Source of the DNA: Terriglobia bacterium
GTDB taxonomy: Bacteria; Acidobacteriota; Terriglobia; 20CM-2-55-15
Length of the DNA stretch: 64,000 bases
Reading direction: 5' to 3'
Assembly: GCA_965198225.1 (NCBI GenBank)
Contig: CBDAOY010000009.1
Coordinates: forward strand, 1,024,001-1,088,000
Position 1 is the stretch's first letter. Each line of letters opens with the position of its first letter. The notes beneath the pieces were generated by a model, which was not told the DNA's origin, made no database searches, and was given only the letters and a program-made list of their open reading frames with translations. This document shows, in pieces, positions 1-9,736 of the stretch. Both the position numbers and the translations under genes were made by a program.

Positions 1-52
1 GCGCGCGTTGAAGGTCTTTCCGGGCGTTGTTCCGGACCTGCCGAATGATCAT
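1..52 (-). CDS. 5' end of probable ABC-2 permease (runs off the window edge)
   Basis: ATG at 52 overlaps the stop of the ABC ATPase (ATGA); reads MIIRQVRNNARKDLQRA; product inferred from operon position. Confidence 0.55.
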   Translation of the reverse strand, partial: MIIRQVRNNARKDLQRA

Positions 53-978
53 TCTCTCAACTCCTTGCCGGTGAGCTTGATGAAGAGGCTCTCCAGACTC
101 GGTTGAGTGAGCGTGGTCTCCCTGATTTCCGCACCGTTCGTGGCCAGTGCCGCCAGAAGGTCCGGAAGTCTCCGAGAGGCGTTGACCGCCGCCAGCCGGA
201 GACCCGACTCGTCGCTCTGGACGATCTCCACGCCGTCCATCCCGGCGATCGCCACACGGGACGTTTCGGGGTCGAATCGACCGTTGAGTCGAACGACATC
301 CGTTTCCCCCAGCATTCCCCGAAGTTGTGCCAGGGTACCGGCCGCGATGATCTTGCCATGGTCGATGATGGCCAGCACGTCACACAGTTCCTCCGCCTCT
401 TCCATGTAGTGCGTGGTATACAGGACACAAGTACCGTCGGCGACCTGCTCCCGAACGAGTTCCAGGAGCCGCACCCGCGACTGCGGGTCGACCCCGACGG
501 TCGGCTCGTCCAGCAGGAGGACTTTCGGTCGGTGGACGATCCCGCAGGCCAGGTTGAGCCGACGCTTCATCCCGCCGCTGAACTGCTTGACGGGTTCCTT
601 TGCACGGTCCAGTAGCCCCGTGGCTACGAGCACCTCCTGGATTCGGTCTTTGAGGTCGGAGCCGCGTAATCCATAGGCCGATCCCCAGTAGTTGAGGTTC
701 TCTGTGGCGGAAAGGTCTTCGTAGAGAGCCAGTTCCTGCGGCACTACCCCCAATTGCTCGCGCGCCGCCCGCCGATCCAGGACGACATCGTGCCCGAGGA
801 CGCTGACCTTACCGGAACTCGGTGCGAGCAGCCCTGAAATGCACCCGATCGCCGTCGACTTGCCGGCCCCGTTGGGGCCGAGCAAGCCGAAAATCTTCCC
901 CTCTTCCGCGTCAAAGCTGACGTCGTCGACCGCAGCCAGGTCGCCGTATTGTTTGTGCAGGTGTTCGACTCTGATCAT
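49..978 (-). CDS. ABC transporter ATP-binding protein (DrrA/multidrug export type)
   Basis: Walker A GPNGAGKS, signature FSGGM, Walker B LLLDEP, H-loop TTHY, C-terminal PSLESLF. Confidence 0.95.
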   Translation of the reverse strand: MIRVEHLHKQYGDLAAVDDVSFDAEEGKIFGLLGPNGAGKSTAIGCISGLLAPSSGKVSVLGHDVVLDRRAAREQLGVVPQELALYEDLSATENLNYWGSAYGLRGSDLKDRIQEVLVATGLLDRAKEPVKQFSGGMKRRLNLACGIVHRPKVLLLDEPTVGVDPQSRVRLLELVREQVADGTCVLYTTHYMEEAEELCDVLAIIDHGKIIAAGTLAQLRGMLGETDVVRLNGRFDPETSRVAIAGMDGVEIVQSDESGLRLAAVNASRRLPDLLAALATNGAEIRETTLTQPSLESLFIKLTGKELRE

Positions 979-999
979 TGGGTTCCTCTAGCCAAGAGC

Positions 1000-1088
1000 A
1001 ATCAGCCCTCAGCTGTCGGCTATTTCCGAAACGGGACGATAGCCCCATCCGGTTGGGCTGAAAGCTGTAAGCTGATCGCTGACGGCCT
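1000..1088. repeat. Intergenic short tandem (heptamer-like) repeats in inverted arrangement
   Basis: atcagccctcagctgtcggc ... gctgaaagctgtaagctgatcgctgacggc. Confidence 0.5.
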
Positions 1089-1090
1089 CT

Positions 1091-1423
1091 CTACCGGGCA
1101 TCGCTGATGAGTCTTTCCAGGATGTCGGTGTGCGAGGCCACGGCCCGGCGGCCTTTCGCCGTCAGCGAGTACCAGCTGACTGGTTTGCGGTCCACGAAGG
1201 CCTTCTTCACCCGGACGTACCCGGCCTCTTCCATTTTTCGGAGGTGGGTTCCCAGACTGCCGTCCGTCTCGCGCAGCAGGTCTTTCAGCCGGCGGAACGA
1301 CAGCGCGTCATTGCGCGACAGCAGGACTCCGATGGCGAGCCGGACCCGGTGCTCCAGAAGCCGGTCCAGGTTTCCAAGGCTCTCCCAGCTGTTGCCGCCG
1401 GATTCATTCGGTGGCCGAGTCAA
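1091..1423 (-). CDS. Winged-helix transcriptional regulator (MarR/ArsR-like, HTH_34 type)
   Basis: LDRLLEHRVRLAI...LSFRRLK..L.ETDGSLGTHLRKMEEAGYV..K.F..RKP.SWY.LT..G pattern. Confidence 0.88.
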   Translation of the reverse strand: MTRPPNESGGNSWESLGNLDRLLEHRVRLAIGVLLSRNDALSFRRLKDLLRETDGSLGTHLRKMEEAGYVRVKKAFVDRKPVSWYSLTAKGRRAVASHTDILERLISDAR

Positions 1424-1973
1424 TCCGAGAACCTCCCGACAGGGCTATCGTCGTCAGGCCTCCGGCGACCAGCACGCCCACGATAGTCCATGCATAGGTT
1501 GAGACCAGAAGAACCGCGACGTAGCCGGCTCCCGTCAGAGCTCCGATCCACATCAGCCGAGTGTCGAAGTGGACACCGGCCAGGTAATACGCCAGGGCGG
1601 TCAGCAACAGAGCGACCGAGCCCAGTTCCCGTCCCGACAGCATGCCGAGAGGAACCATCATCGAGGCCAGCAGCATCGCGGCTGCGATCCCGAACCAGTG
1701 CAGCGCGTATCGAATGTCGAGACGCCGATGAATCTGCCCGATCCGTCTCGAGTTCCTGATACCGAGCACCATGCTTCCGATCATCCCTATGGGCACCGCC
1801 ACCAGCCAGAAGGTCCCGACCATCTCGGTGGCGAAATCAGCCATCGTGAATCCGATCAACACGATCACGGCCCACAGGATGTACGTCGCGGGTGGTACGA
1901 TCGATGATTCCGATTCGCGGACGACATCCCGGACGTAGCCCAGATCCGCCTGTAGTCGTTCGTTCACTTGCAT
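1404..1973 (-). CDS. Integral membrane protein (~6 TM), first gene of the regulator/ABC operon
   Basis: Multiple hydrophobic segments; GGAGG RBS upstream; overlaps the HTH gene. Confidence 0.8.
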   Translation of the reverse strand: MQVNERLQADLGYVRDVVRESESSIVPPATYILWAVIVLIGFTMADFATEMVGTFWLVAVPIGMIGSMVLGIRNSRRIGQIHRRLDIRYALHWFGIAAAMLLASMMVPLGMLSGRELGSVALLLTALAYYLAGVHFDTRLMWIGALTGAGYVAVLLVSTYAWTIVGVLVAGGLTTIALSGGSRIDSATE

Positions 1974-1988
1974 CTCGAATGCCTCCTA

Positions 1989-2032
1989 TCAGAGTACTCT
2001 GAATATTAAAGTACTCTGGATTTGGCTGTCAA
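1989..2032 (-). promoter_or_regulatory. Sigma70-like promoter with overlapping palindromic operator
   Basis: TTGACA (2032-2027), 18-nt spacer, TAATAT (2008-2003); perfect 14-bp palindrome tcagagtactctga (1989-2002) and a second half-site aaagtactct (2008-2017). Confidence 0.7.
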
Positions 2033-2176
2033 GGGTTTTGGTGAGCCACTCTTTCCGCGGCAGACTCGGCCGAGCCCCACGAATAGGTTGCAATTCGTCT
2101 CCGAAATGACTGGAATGTTTCGGACGAAATCGCCGGCTGGAATGTTTCCAGCGAAATCCCCGAGAGGAGACTGTCC

Positions 2177-3240
2177 ATGAAACCGAGCCAAAACGCTCTT
2201 CCAGATCCCGCACTCGGGGACGCCGACCCGCTGCTGCCTGGTCCTTCGTCCTGGCATTCACCCTGGCCCTGGCTGCCTGTGCGGCACCCGAACCGCCCCC
2301 CCCGCCGCCCGCCGAACCTACAGGGCCCTTGGTGGAGGCCGAGTACACGCTGGGCACCGACAACACTCACAACCGCTGGAGCAGTGCGATTCCGCCCGCG
2401 TTGACGGTGCCCTCCGGCGCCGTCATCGAGATCGAAACGAAGGAAGCGACCGACGGGCAACTCGCGCTCGATTCCGGGGTCGAAGCGATGACGAACATGG
2501 ATTTCGATCCGATTCATCCGCTCACGGGACCGATCTTCGTGGAAACCGCCGAACCGGGTGATGTGCTCGCGGTGACGTTCCATGAGATCGACGTCCTGGA
2601 TTGGGGTTGGACGGGTATCTCCCCCGGTTTCGGTTTCCTGGCCGACGAGTTTCCCGACGCCAAGCTGAAGACGTTCAGCTTTGAAGATGGCCAGACCCAT
2701 GTGCAGTTCAACGAGAACATCTCGATTCCGATGCGCCCGTTCCCCGGAGTCATCGGAGTCGCGCCCGCTACCGAGGAGGAACTGGTCACCATTCCACCAC
2801 GCGAGAACGGCGGAAACATGGACAATCGTTACCTCGGAGTCGGCACCACCGTCTACCTGCCGGTCCTGGTCGAAGGGGCGCTGCTTTCCATCGGCGACAC
2901 CCATGCCGCGCAGGGCGACGGGGAGGTCGGCGGCACGGGCGTCGAAGCCCCGATGCGAATCGTGCTCGAGGTCGAAGTGCGGAAGGGTGGTCGGGTCCTG
3001 GCAGAGCCCGAGTACGAGACCGACGAGTATTACGCGGTGACCGGCTTTGGCGAAACGATCGATGAGGCCGCACGAAAAGCGACACGCTTCATGATCGAAT
3101 ACCTCGTTTCGGAAAGGGGGTTGTCCCGCGAGGACGCGTATATGCTGTGCTCGCTGGCGGGAGACCTGAAGATTTCAGAAGCCGTAGACATGCCTCACTA
3201 TCTCGTGAGCATGCATATGCCGAAGGGGATTTTTAATTAG
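2177..3240 (+). CDS. Acetamidase/formamidase family protein with lipoprotein signal; apparent frameshift near the start
   Basis: HPLTGP, GGNMD, SIGDTHAAQGDGEVGGTGVE, AYMLCS motifs. The RBS and ATG at 2177 are out of frame with the in-frame N-terminal LALAAC lipobox. Confidence 0.85.
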
Positions 3241-3330
3241 TAGTCAGTTGCGTCAGTTGCCAGTAGTCAGTTGTCAGTTGAAGACGGTGGCCGGAAGTTG
3301 ATGGCTGATGGCCAATTGACGGCCGGGCGT
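3241..3330. repeat. Heptamer-like tandem repeats (gtcagtt/ctgatgg) between convergent genes
   Basis: agtcagttgcgtcagttgccagtagtcagttgtcagttg ... gttgatggctgatggc. Confidence 0.55.
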
Positions 3331-3420
3331 GACTGCTGGCCATGAGCTATAACCGACCGATTAGCCGTCACCTGCCACAATAACGGCCTACGGATAACGG
3401 CCTACGACCCGATCTACTGA

Positions 3421-6093
3421 TTACTGATTACTATCCAGCACTTCCCGCATCTTGCCTGCAAGGGCTTCCTGGCTGAACGGTTTCTGCAAGTATCCCATTT
3501 CAGCGCCGGATACGCCGTGTCGGGCGATGAACTCTCCGGGGTAGCCGGACATGTAGAGCACCTTGAGATCGGGTTTGATCTTCCGGAGTCTCTTGGCCAG
3601 TTCCGGCCCGCTCAGTTTGGGCATGATTACATCCGTCAGGAGAAGGTCGATCGAACCGGTGCGGTCCTTCGTGACACGGATCGCTTCGGCGACGTCCGCC
3701 GCCTCGACGACTTGATAGCCGCTGATTTCCAGGAACTTTCGAGTCAGCCGACGGACGGACGGTTCGTCCTCGACGATAAGGACGGTCTCTCTGCCCGACA
3801 AGGCCCGAACCTGCTGGGCCGCGGGGTTCATCTTTGGGCGCGGGGCGGCATGCAACGGCAGGTAGATACTGAAGACCGTACCCTTGCCGGATTCGCTATC
3901 GACGAAAATATGGCCCTGGCTCTGCTTGATGATCCCGTAGACGGTGGCCAGTCCCAGCCCGGTCCCGGTGCCGGCCGCCTTGGTCGTAAAGAACGGTTCG
4001 AAGATCTGCGGCAGGGTGTCCTCGTCCATGCCTTGACCGACGTCCTTAACCGCGAGCAGGACGTAGTCTCCCGCCGTCAAGGGAGGATGCTGCGCGGCTC
4101 GGCCTGGCTCCAGCCTGAAGTTCGAAGTCTGGATGGTCAGAGTGCCGCCATCCGGCATGGCGTCGGCGGCGTTGATGACGAGGTTCGTGATGACCTGTTC
4201 GATAGAACCGCGATCGGCCTTGACGAAACCCAACTCCGGCTCCAGCACGGTCTGCAATTCGACATGCGCGCCGATCAGCCGGCGCAGCATCTTTTCCATC
4301 TCCACGACGACCGCGTTCAGATCCAGCAGGACCGGATCCAGCATCTCTCGGCGACTGAACGTCAACAGCTGCATCGTCAGCCGACTTGCTCGCTGAACGG
4401 CCTTGAAGACTTCCTCAGACATCTCTCGTTCTTCGCTGCCGGGTGTGAGTGCGGACTGCAGCAGGGTGGTGTAACCCTGGATTGCCGTCAGCAGGTTGTT
4501 GAAGTCGTGAGCGATACCACCGGCCAGTCGTCCCACGGTTTCCATCTTTTGAGACTGCCGAAGTTGGTCTTCCAGCGCCCTGCGGCTGCTGATGTCGCGG
4601 ATGAAACTCTGGAATATCTGGTTGCCCTGGTAGTTGACCAGCCTGGCATTGGTTTCAACCGGCATTCTCCTCCCCGTCTTCGTGAGTCCATCGACTTCGA
4701 ACAGCGCCCCGCCCTGGGACTCGGACGACAGGAGCGCCACTTCGATACGGGCTTTCTGGTCGGCCGGGTGAAGGTCGAATATCGTCATCTCGGTCAGTTC
4801 CTCCGCCGAGTAACCGACCAACTGCTGGGCCTTTTCGTTGGCGTCGAGAAGACGTCCGTTTTCCGGCTCGAACAGGACGACCGCATCGGAAGCGTTTTCG
4901 AACAGGTTTCGGTAGTGTTCCTCCGAGCGGCGCAGCGCCTCCTGGGCGAGCTTGCGTTCATTGATGTCGGTGATCGTGCCGATCATCCGCACGGCGTTGC
5001 CGTCGGAGTCCCGCTCCGTCACCCGGCCCCGCACGGCAACCCATTTCCATGTTCCGGCCCCCGTTCGCAGGCGATACTCGGATTCATATGCCGTCGTTCT
5101 CCCGTCGACGTGTGTATCGAGTTCTACCTGCCGTCTAGTGTCGTCGTCGGGATGGATCCGATCCAGCCACGTCCGCATGTGCGCACTCCGGACACCCTCG
5201 GTGCCCGATGTCTCGCCGAATATTTCGCTCATTCGCTGGCTGAAGACGACCCGCCCGGTCTTTACACTCCAATCCCAAAGGCCGTCCGAGGCCGCTTCCA
5301 GCGCGTAGCGAAGACGTTCCTCACTGCGGCGCAGCGCCCCGACCGCTCGCTGACGTTCAGACAGGAGGCTGGCCAGGCACCGCAGCTCATCGGCGCCGGA
5401 AGAATCCTGACCCAGTTCCAGAGAGAGTCGTCCGTCGAAAAACCGACCGGAGACGCCTCGCAGTCGGAGCCTGATCTCTTGGGGTGACCGACGGAGGTTT
5501 GCCAGAAGCTCCCGGTCCGGGAACCGATTGTTGCCTTTCGCAAACAACGAGGAAATGTGATTGCCGAGCAACTCGGCCTTGGAGCGCCCGAAAAGCTGTT
5601 CTGCTTCCGGGCTCCAGGCGGTGACGTTGCCCTTGAGATCGATCGCAAACGGCGCGTCGATCAGCCGGAGGGAGGTCGCGTGTCTGGCCGCTCGCGAAGA
5701 AATCTGTCCGATCGTTTCGATTGTGACCATGGCCGCGGCGGGTGGGACTGAGAAGGGTCGTATCCACAACGAAACGGATCGCCTTTCGCCGTCGGAGAGG
5801 TCGAGCTTATGGCTGGCGGCGTCCCCTCGAAGCGTTGCTCTGAGAGATTCCGAAAGAGCGTCGAGGCCGGCGCGGTCGATTTCCAGGTTCGCTTCACACC
5901 ACGCGTCGAAGTCGGAACCGACCGATTCGGTGCCGGGTTCCCATTCAATCCAGCGTTGGTTGACCAGGACGATTCTTCGCGTTTCGTCCAGCAGGGCGAC
6001 AGGATAAGTGAAGGCGTCGACGGTCGCCCTGATAATCGGCGCGGCGCCTTCCCACATACCCGTCTCTAGCTGTTGCTGTGGGCCCTTCTGCAT
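3421..6093 (-). CDS. Hybrid multi-PAS sensor histidine kinase/response regulator (CckA-like, soluble)
   Basis: PAS/PAC repeats ([13 protein letters not shown]), H-box [10 protein letters not shown] boxes NLVINA and GTGLGLA, C-terminal REC ([11 protein letters not shown]). Confidence 0.93.
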   Translation of the reverse strand: MQKGPQQQLETGMWEGAAPIIRATVDAFTYPVALLDETRRIVLVNQRWIEWEPGTESVGSDFDAWCEANLEIDRAGLDALSESLRATLRGDAASHKLDLSDGERRSVSLWIRPFSVPPAAAMVTIETIGQISSRAARHATSLRLIDAPFAIDLKGNVTAWSPEAEQLFGRSKAELLGNHISSLFAKGNNRFPDRELLANLRRSPQEIRLRLRGVSGRFFDGRLSLELGQDSSGADELRCLASLLSERQRAVGALRRSEERLRYALEAASDGLWDWSVKTGRVVFSQRMSEIFGETSGTEGVRSAHMRTWLDRIHPDDDTRRQVELDTHVDGRTTAYESEYRLRTGAGTWKWVAVRGRVTERDSDGNAVRMIGTITDINERKLAQEALRRSEEHYRNLFENASDAVVLFEPENGRLLDANEKAQQLVGYSAEELTEMTIFDLHPADQKARIEVALLSSESQGGALFEVDGLTKTGRRMPVETNARLVNYQGNQIFQSFIRDISSRRALEDQLRQSQKMETVGRLAGGIAHDFNNLLTAIQGYTTLLQSALTPGSEEREMSEEVFKAVQRASRLTMQLLTFSRREMLDPVLLDLNAVVVEMEKMLRRLIGAHVELQTVLEPELGFVKADRGSIEQVITNLVINAADAMPDGGTLTIQTSNFRLEPGRAAQHPPLTAGDYVLLAVKDVGQGMDEDTLPQIFEPFFTTKAAGTGTGLGLATVYGIIKQSQGHIFVDSESGKGTVFSIYLPLHAAPRPKMNPAAQQVRALSGRETVLIVEDEPSVRRLTRKFLEISGYQVVEAADVAEAIRVTKDRTGSIDLLLTDVIMPKLSGPELAKRLRKIKPDLKVLYMSGYPGEFIARHGVSGAEMGYLQKPFSQEALAGKMREVLDSNQ

Positions 6094-6391
6094 TGTGATA
6101 GAGATGTATCTGCGGTGTTCGACGCCGTTCGAAGGTCGGGCTGGACCCTTGCTCGAGGAGGCAAGTCGAGAGGACCGTCGCGCGTAAAATTTGCGCAGGC
6201 TCGCATCCTATTCGAGAAAGCCTTTCGATGGGGCCGATGGGGCGGTTGATGTTTTCAACAAAAAAGCGCCTTGATGTGACTTTGGTGAGTGCGCGATGCG
6301 CGAGGTGCGTCCTGGCTCACTTTGCGCGAGTGAGAATCTAATTCGATCAATAGCTCTATTAACACTACTGAGGCCAAGATTCGGCCGAGAT

Positions 6392-8257
6392 TTACTGAGG
6401 CCACGATTGGCCGAGCCAGGATTCGTAAGCTTCTTGCTGGGCCTCGGTGGGATTCTCGATTCTCCGGAGCTTCCACCGGCCGTCCGGTTTGCCCCCCAGG
6501 CTGAACTCGATGGTCCGCAGTCGGCCGTAGCGGAACAGATGCAGCGTCATGCTGTCGTCGGGTTCGAGCTTCCCGATCTCTTCGCCGAATTGCACGGCCG
6601 ACAGCTTCTTTCCGTTGACCGCGACTATCTCGTCGTCGTAGAGAACACCGGCCGAATAGGCAGGTCCGTCGGAAAGGACTGATTGAACGACCAACGACCC
6701 TTCGCGGTCGCTGACGCTGAGACCGGCATAGGCCTTCTCAGGGACCGCATTGTCGGCCTCCTCGTCACTCTCGGGCTCGAACACGAGCTCCAAACCAAAC
6801 ACACCGACCGATGCCTCCAGGGGGTAGGGTTCGGTTCCCCGGATGTATGAGGCGAAGAACGGATCGAAACTGGAGTTGGAAATCTGGTCGAAGGCCGCGA
6901 TCATATCCTCCGGCGTAAAACCCGTTCCCGACAGCGGAAACCGCTCATAGAGCCGCCGCATCACCGTATCGAGCGACGAGCGGTTTGCCGTCCGATTGCG
7001 GATCTCGGCGTCGAGCAACAGGCTCGCCATGGCCCCTCCGTTGTAGAAGGAAACGGTGGAGTTGACCGAGTCGGGAGTAGGCCTGTTGTACTTGACCCAG
7101 GCGTCGAAAGAGGACTGCTCCAGACTCTGGACCGCAGCGCCGGGCCGGTTTCGGAGCGCATCGATGGTACCCGACATGGTGTCCAGGTAATCTTCGGGAG
7201 TGATCGCGCCGATCCGCGCCAGCGTGATGTCGTCGTAGTAGCTGGTCGTACCTTCCGACACCCACAGCAGTTTCGTATAGTTCTCCTTCGCGTAGTCGTA
7301 CGGGTTGATCCCGGCCGGCCGAAGTTGCTTGACGTTCCAGGTGTGGAACATCTCGTGCGACACGAGGCCCAGGAAGCGCTGGTAGGCTTCGTCGCTCTCG
7401 AAGGATGCGCGAGAGGTCTGCATGATAGTGGAGTTCAGGTGCTCGGTCCCTCCCCCGGCGTTGGCGCCGACGTGGAGCAGAAAGACATACCGGTCGTACG
7501 GCATTCCGCCGAATACGGCCGCCTGTTCTTCGACGATCTTCGCAAAATCCGACTTCAGCGTATCCGCATCGTAGTCGGCGTCTCCCCAGATCACGATCTC
7601 GTGAGGTTTGCCTCCGACCTCGAAGGTCAGGACCTCGTGGACGCCGATTTCGAAAGGAGAATCGATGAGGACGTGGTAATTGGGCGAGATCCGCACTCTC
7701 GGATCCGGGCCGAGAGGCTCCAGCCCGGTAGCAACCTTCCAGTCGGCGGGGGCATCGACGTGTACGAGGATTTCGTCTGCCTTGCGGTCCGGGACGTAGA
7801 AGAACACCATTGATCCCGAGAGAAACGCATGAGTGTCGTCGACGTGGCGAGTTCTGTCGCCGAGGGAGTTGGCGTAGATCCGGTATTGAACCTCGACCTC
7901 GCTCGCGTCACCCGTCGTGATCCGCCAGGTCGTCTTGTCGATCTTTTCGATCGGTAACGAATCCCCGTTCACGGCGTTGGCCCCGACGCCGCGAATAGTT
8001 CCGACCGGATCGATCAGGGCGTACCGACCCGGTCGCCACACGGGCAGCGCTACTTCCAGCGTCGGACGGTCGACGTCGCGGATGAGCATCGTCATTTCGA
8101 CCATCTGTGTCTGAGGCGACGGCAGTGAAATCGTGTATTCGATCGGTCGCATCTGCGCGTTGAGCGCCCCGACCGACGAAAGCAAAACGATCAGTACCGA
8201 CAGGGCGGTCGGCTTCGAGACGGTGCGAGCAGTTCGGTACAACGTCCGATAGGACAT
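6392..8257 (-). CDS. M61 family (glycyl aminopeptidase-like) metallopeptidase with PDZ domain, secreted
   Basis: GGGTEH, HEMFH zinc motif, LWVSEGTTSYY, C-terminal PDZ; signal peptide; start set at the RBS-preceded ATG 8257. Confidence 0.92.
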   Translation of the reverse strand: MSYRTLYRTARTVSKPTALSVLIVLLSSVGALNAQMRPIEYTISLPSPQTQMVEMTMLIRDVDRPTLEVALPVWRPGRYALIDPVGTIRGVGANAVNGDSLPIEKIDKTTWRITTGDASEVEVQYRIYANSLGDRTRHVDDTHAFLSGSMVFFYVPDRKADEILVHVDAPADWKVATGLEPLGPDPRVRISPNYHVLIDSPFEIGVHEVLTFEVGGKPHEIVIWGDADYDADTLKSDFAKIVEEQAAVFGGMPYDRYVFLLHVGANAGGGTEHLNSTIMQTSRASFESDEAYQRFLGLVSHEMFHTWNVKQLRPAGINPYDYAKENYTKLLWVSEGTTSYYDDITLARIGAITPEDYLDTMSGTIDALRNRPGAAVQSLEQSSFDAWVKYNRPTPDSVNSTVSFYNGGAMASLLLDAEIRNRTANRSSLDTVMRRLYERFPLSGTGFTPEDMIAAFDQISNSSFDPFFASYIRGTEPYPLEASVGVFGLELVFEPESDEEADNAVPEKAYAGLSVSDREGSLVVQSVLSDGPAYSAGVLYDDEIVAVNGKKLSAVQFGEEIGKLEPDDSMTLHLFRYGRLRTIEFSLGGKPDGRWKLRRIENPTEAQQEAYESWLGQSWPQ

Positions 8258-8339
8258 GACAGACTTCTCCTCTTCGATAGCTGACGTTTGCCATATTCTG
8301 GGCGAGGACGTGTCGCTTTTCAACGGCAGGTTCTTCCGA

Positions 8340-8430
8340 GTTGCAGGTTGCGGAGTGGAGATTGCTTCAAGTTAAAGTCGTTTTCGTCCAAATTCAAAAC
8401 TGAGCAATTTCGAATTTCCAATCTCCAATG
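8340..8430. repeat. Inverted heptamer-repeat hairpin (gattgca/caatctc type)
   Basis: ttgcaggttgcggagtggagattgc ... gcaatttcgaatttccaatctccaa; related element at 48415-48540. Confidence 0.5.
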
Positions 8431-8431
8431 G

Positions 8432-9109
8432 TCAACCCGGCCTTCCCCGCCGTTTCGTCCGTACCCCGAGGTAAGCGAGCATCGAACGCGAGAGCTCCTC
8501 GGTGAGCTCCTCGTCGGATGATGGCTGCGGGTCGAGGATCGACTCCGGGAACAGTATACGGTCCCGCAGCGCGCTGAAAGCGAACCCGAAGGCCAGAGGG
8601 ACGGCTCGTTTGGGGTTGGGGTGGTGGATCTCGTAACGTCGCTGTTCGAGCAGCGAGAGCATCCCGGGCAGGAGTGCGCTCATCCGCGAGGTTCGCTCGT
8701 CGAAGGCCAGTGCGCGCCTCGTCCGGGTTCGGACTGCCAGCGCCCGGATCAGACCGCGATGGGCGCGATGGAAGGCGACGAGCGAACCGATCAAAGTCCG
8801 GACGAGGCTCTCGAGATCCCGCTCGGCCGATGGCGACTGCTCGACCCCGGTCAAGCGTTCAAAGGACGCGGTGATGTCGCGCGTGTACAACTCATCCAGG
8901 TAGTCCAGCAGTCCGTCCTTGTCGCTGAAGCGGGCGTAGAAGGAACCGACCGACGATTGTGCTCGCCTGGCCAACTCGTCCACCGAGATCTCATGCCAGT
9001 CCTTGGCCTCCAGCAGCTCTCGACCGGCGTGCGCAAGGCGGTTGAGAGTGGCCTGGCTACGGCCCTGGAGAGGAGGTCTGACTACACGATGTAAAGCAAT
9101 GTTTTCCAT
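8432..9109 (-). CDS. TetR/AcrR family transcriptional regulator
   Basis: N-terminal HTH ISVDELARRAQSSVGSFYARFSDKDGLL. Confidence 0.92.
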   Translation of the reverse strand: MENIALHRVVRPPLQGRSQATLNRLAHAGRELLEAKDWHEISVDELARRAQSSVGSFYARFSDKDGLLDYLDELYTRDITASFERLTGVEQSPSAERDLESLVRTLIGSLVAFHRAHRGLIRALAVRTRTRRALAFDERTSRMSALLPGMLSLLEQRRYEIHHPNPKRAVPLAFGFAFSALRDRILFPESILDPQPSSDEELTEELSRSMLAYLGVRTKRRGRPG

Positions 9110-9121
9110 AGTTTCAGTTCC

Positions 9122-9139
9122 GAATCAGAATTCTTATTC
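9122..9139. promoter_or_regulatory. Candidate TetR operator (imperfect palindrome)
   Basis: gaatcagaattcttattc, 12 nt upstream of the tetR start, in an AT-rich divergent intergenic region. Confidence 0.45.
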
Positions 9140-9235
9140 TATATTTGCTGGTCGGATCAGTCAAATGAGATTGCCAGCGCTTTTCTCACCATGATTGCCG
9201 TTGCGCGCTGGTAGTCTTTACCTCTGGTTAGGCGT

Positions 9236-9673
9236 ATGGCCGATAGGGATTTCGAACTCGAACAGCGATGCGAGGCGGAAATCGTAGAACTCCACCAGTT
9301 CTTCCAAGACTGGTTCAGCGTATCGGAAGAGTCTTCGACCGACTTCAATCGAGTGGCCGAGGTGCTCGCTGCCGATTTCACGATGGTGGGACCGGATGGT
9401 CGCCTGGTCGAAGCCGAGGAGCTACTGGCTGCCCTGCGTGAGGCACGCGGCTCCAAACCGGGGCTCCGTATATGGATCGATAGGGTGCGGGTTCTCCATC
9501 GTTCCGGAGACATGACGGTGGCGATGTATGAAGAACGTCAGAAGAACGACGGAGGAGAGAGTCGCCGCGTCAGCACCGTAGTCTTCCGCAGCGTTGAACA
9601 GAAACCCAATAGCCTGGAATGGTTGCACGTCCAGGAAAAGTGGCTGGAGCGGGGGGAGATTCGGGGACCGTAA
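9236..9673 (+). CDS. NTF2/SnoaL-like (DUF4440) protein
   Basis: LHQFFQDWF, LAADFTMVGPDG, C-terminal WLHVQEKW strand. Confidence 0.75.
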   Translation: MADRDFELEQRCEAEIVELHQFFQDWFSVSEESSTDFNRVAEVLAADFTMVGPDGRLVEAEELLAALREARGSKPGLRIWIDRVRVLHRSGDMTVAMYEERQKNDGGESRRVSTVVFRSVEQKPNSLEWLHVQEKWLERGEIRGP

Positions 9674-9736
9674 GCAACTTCTTCGCTCACTCGTGATCCG
9701 GCTACATGACCGGAGAAATTGCGCACCCTCCCTGAA

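Noticed and set aside
3517-5487. 656-aa plus-strand ORF, and similar long antisense ORFs at 16553-17722, 27778-28977, 29709-31133, 49111-50280 and 57600-59069
   Set aside because: Shadow frames opposite well-supported genes in GC-rich DNA; no recognisable motifs
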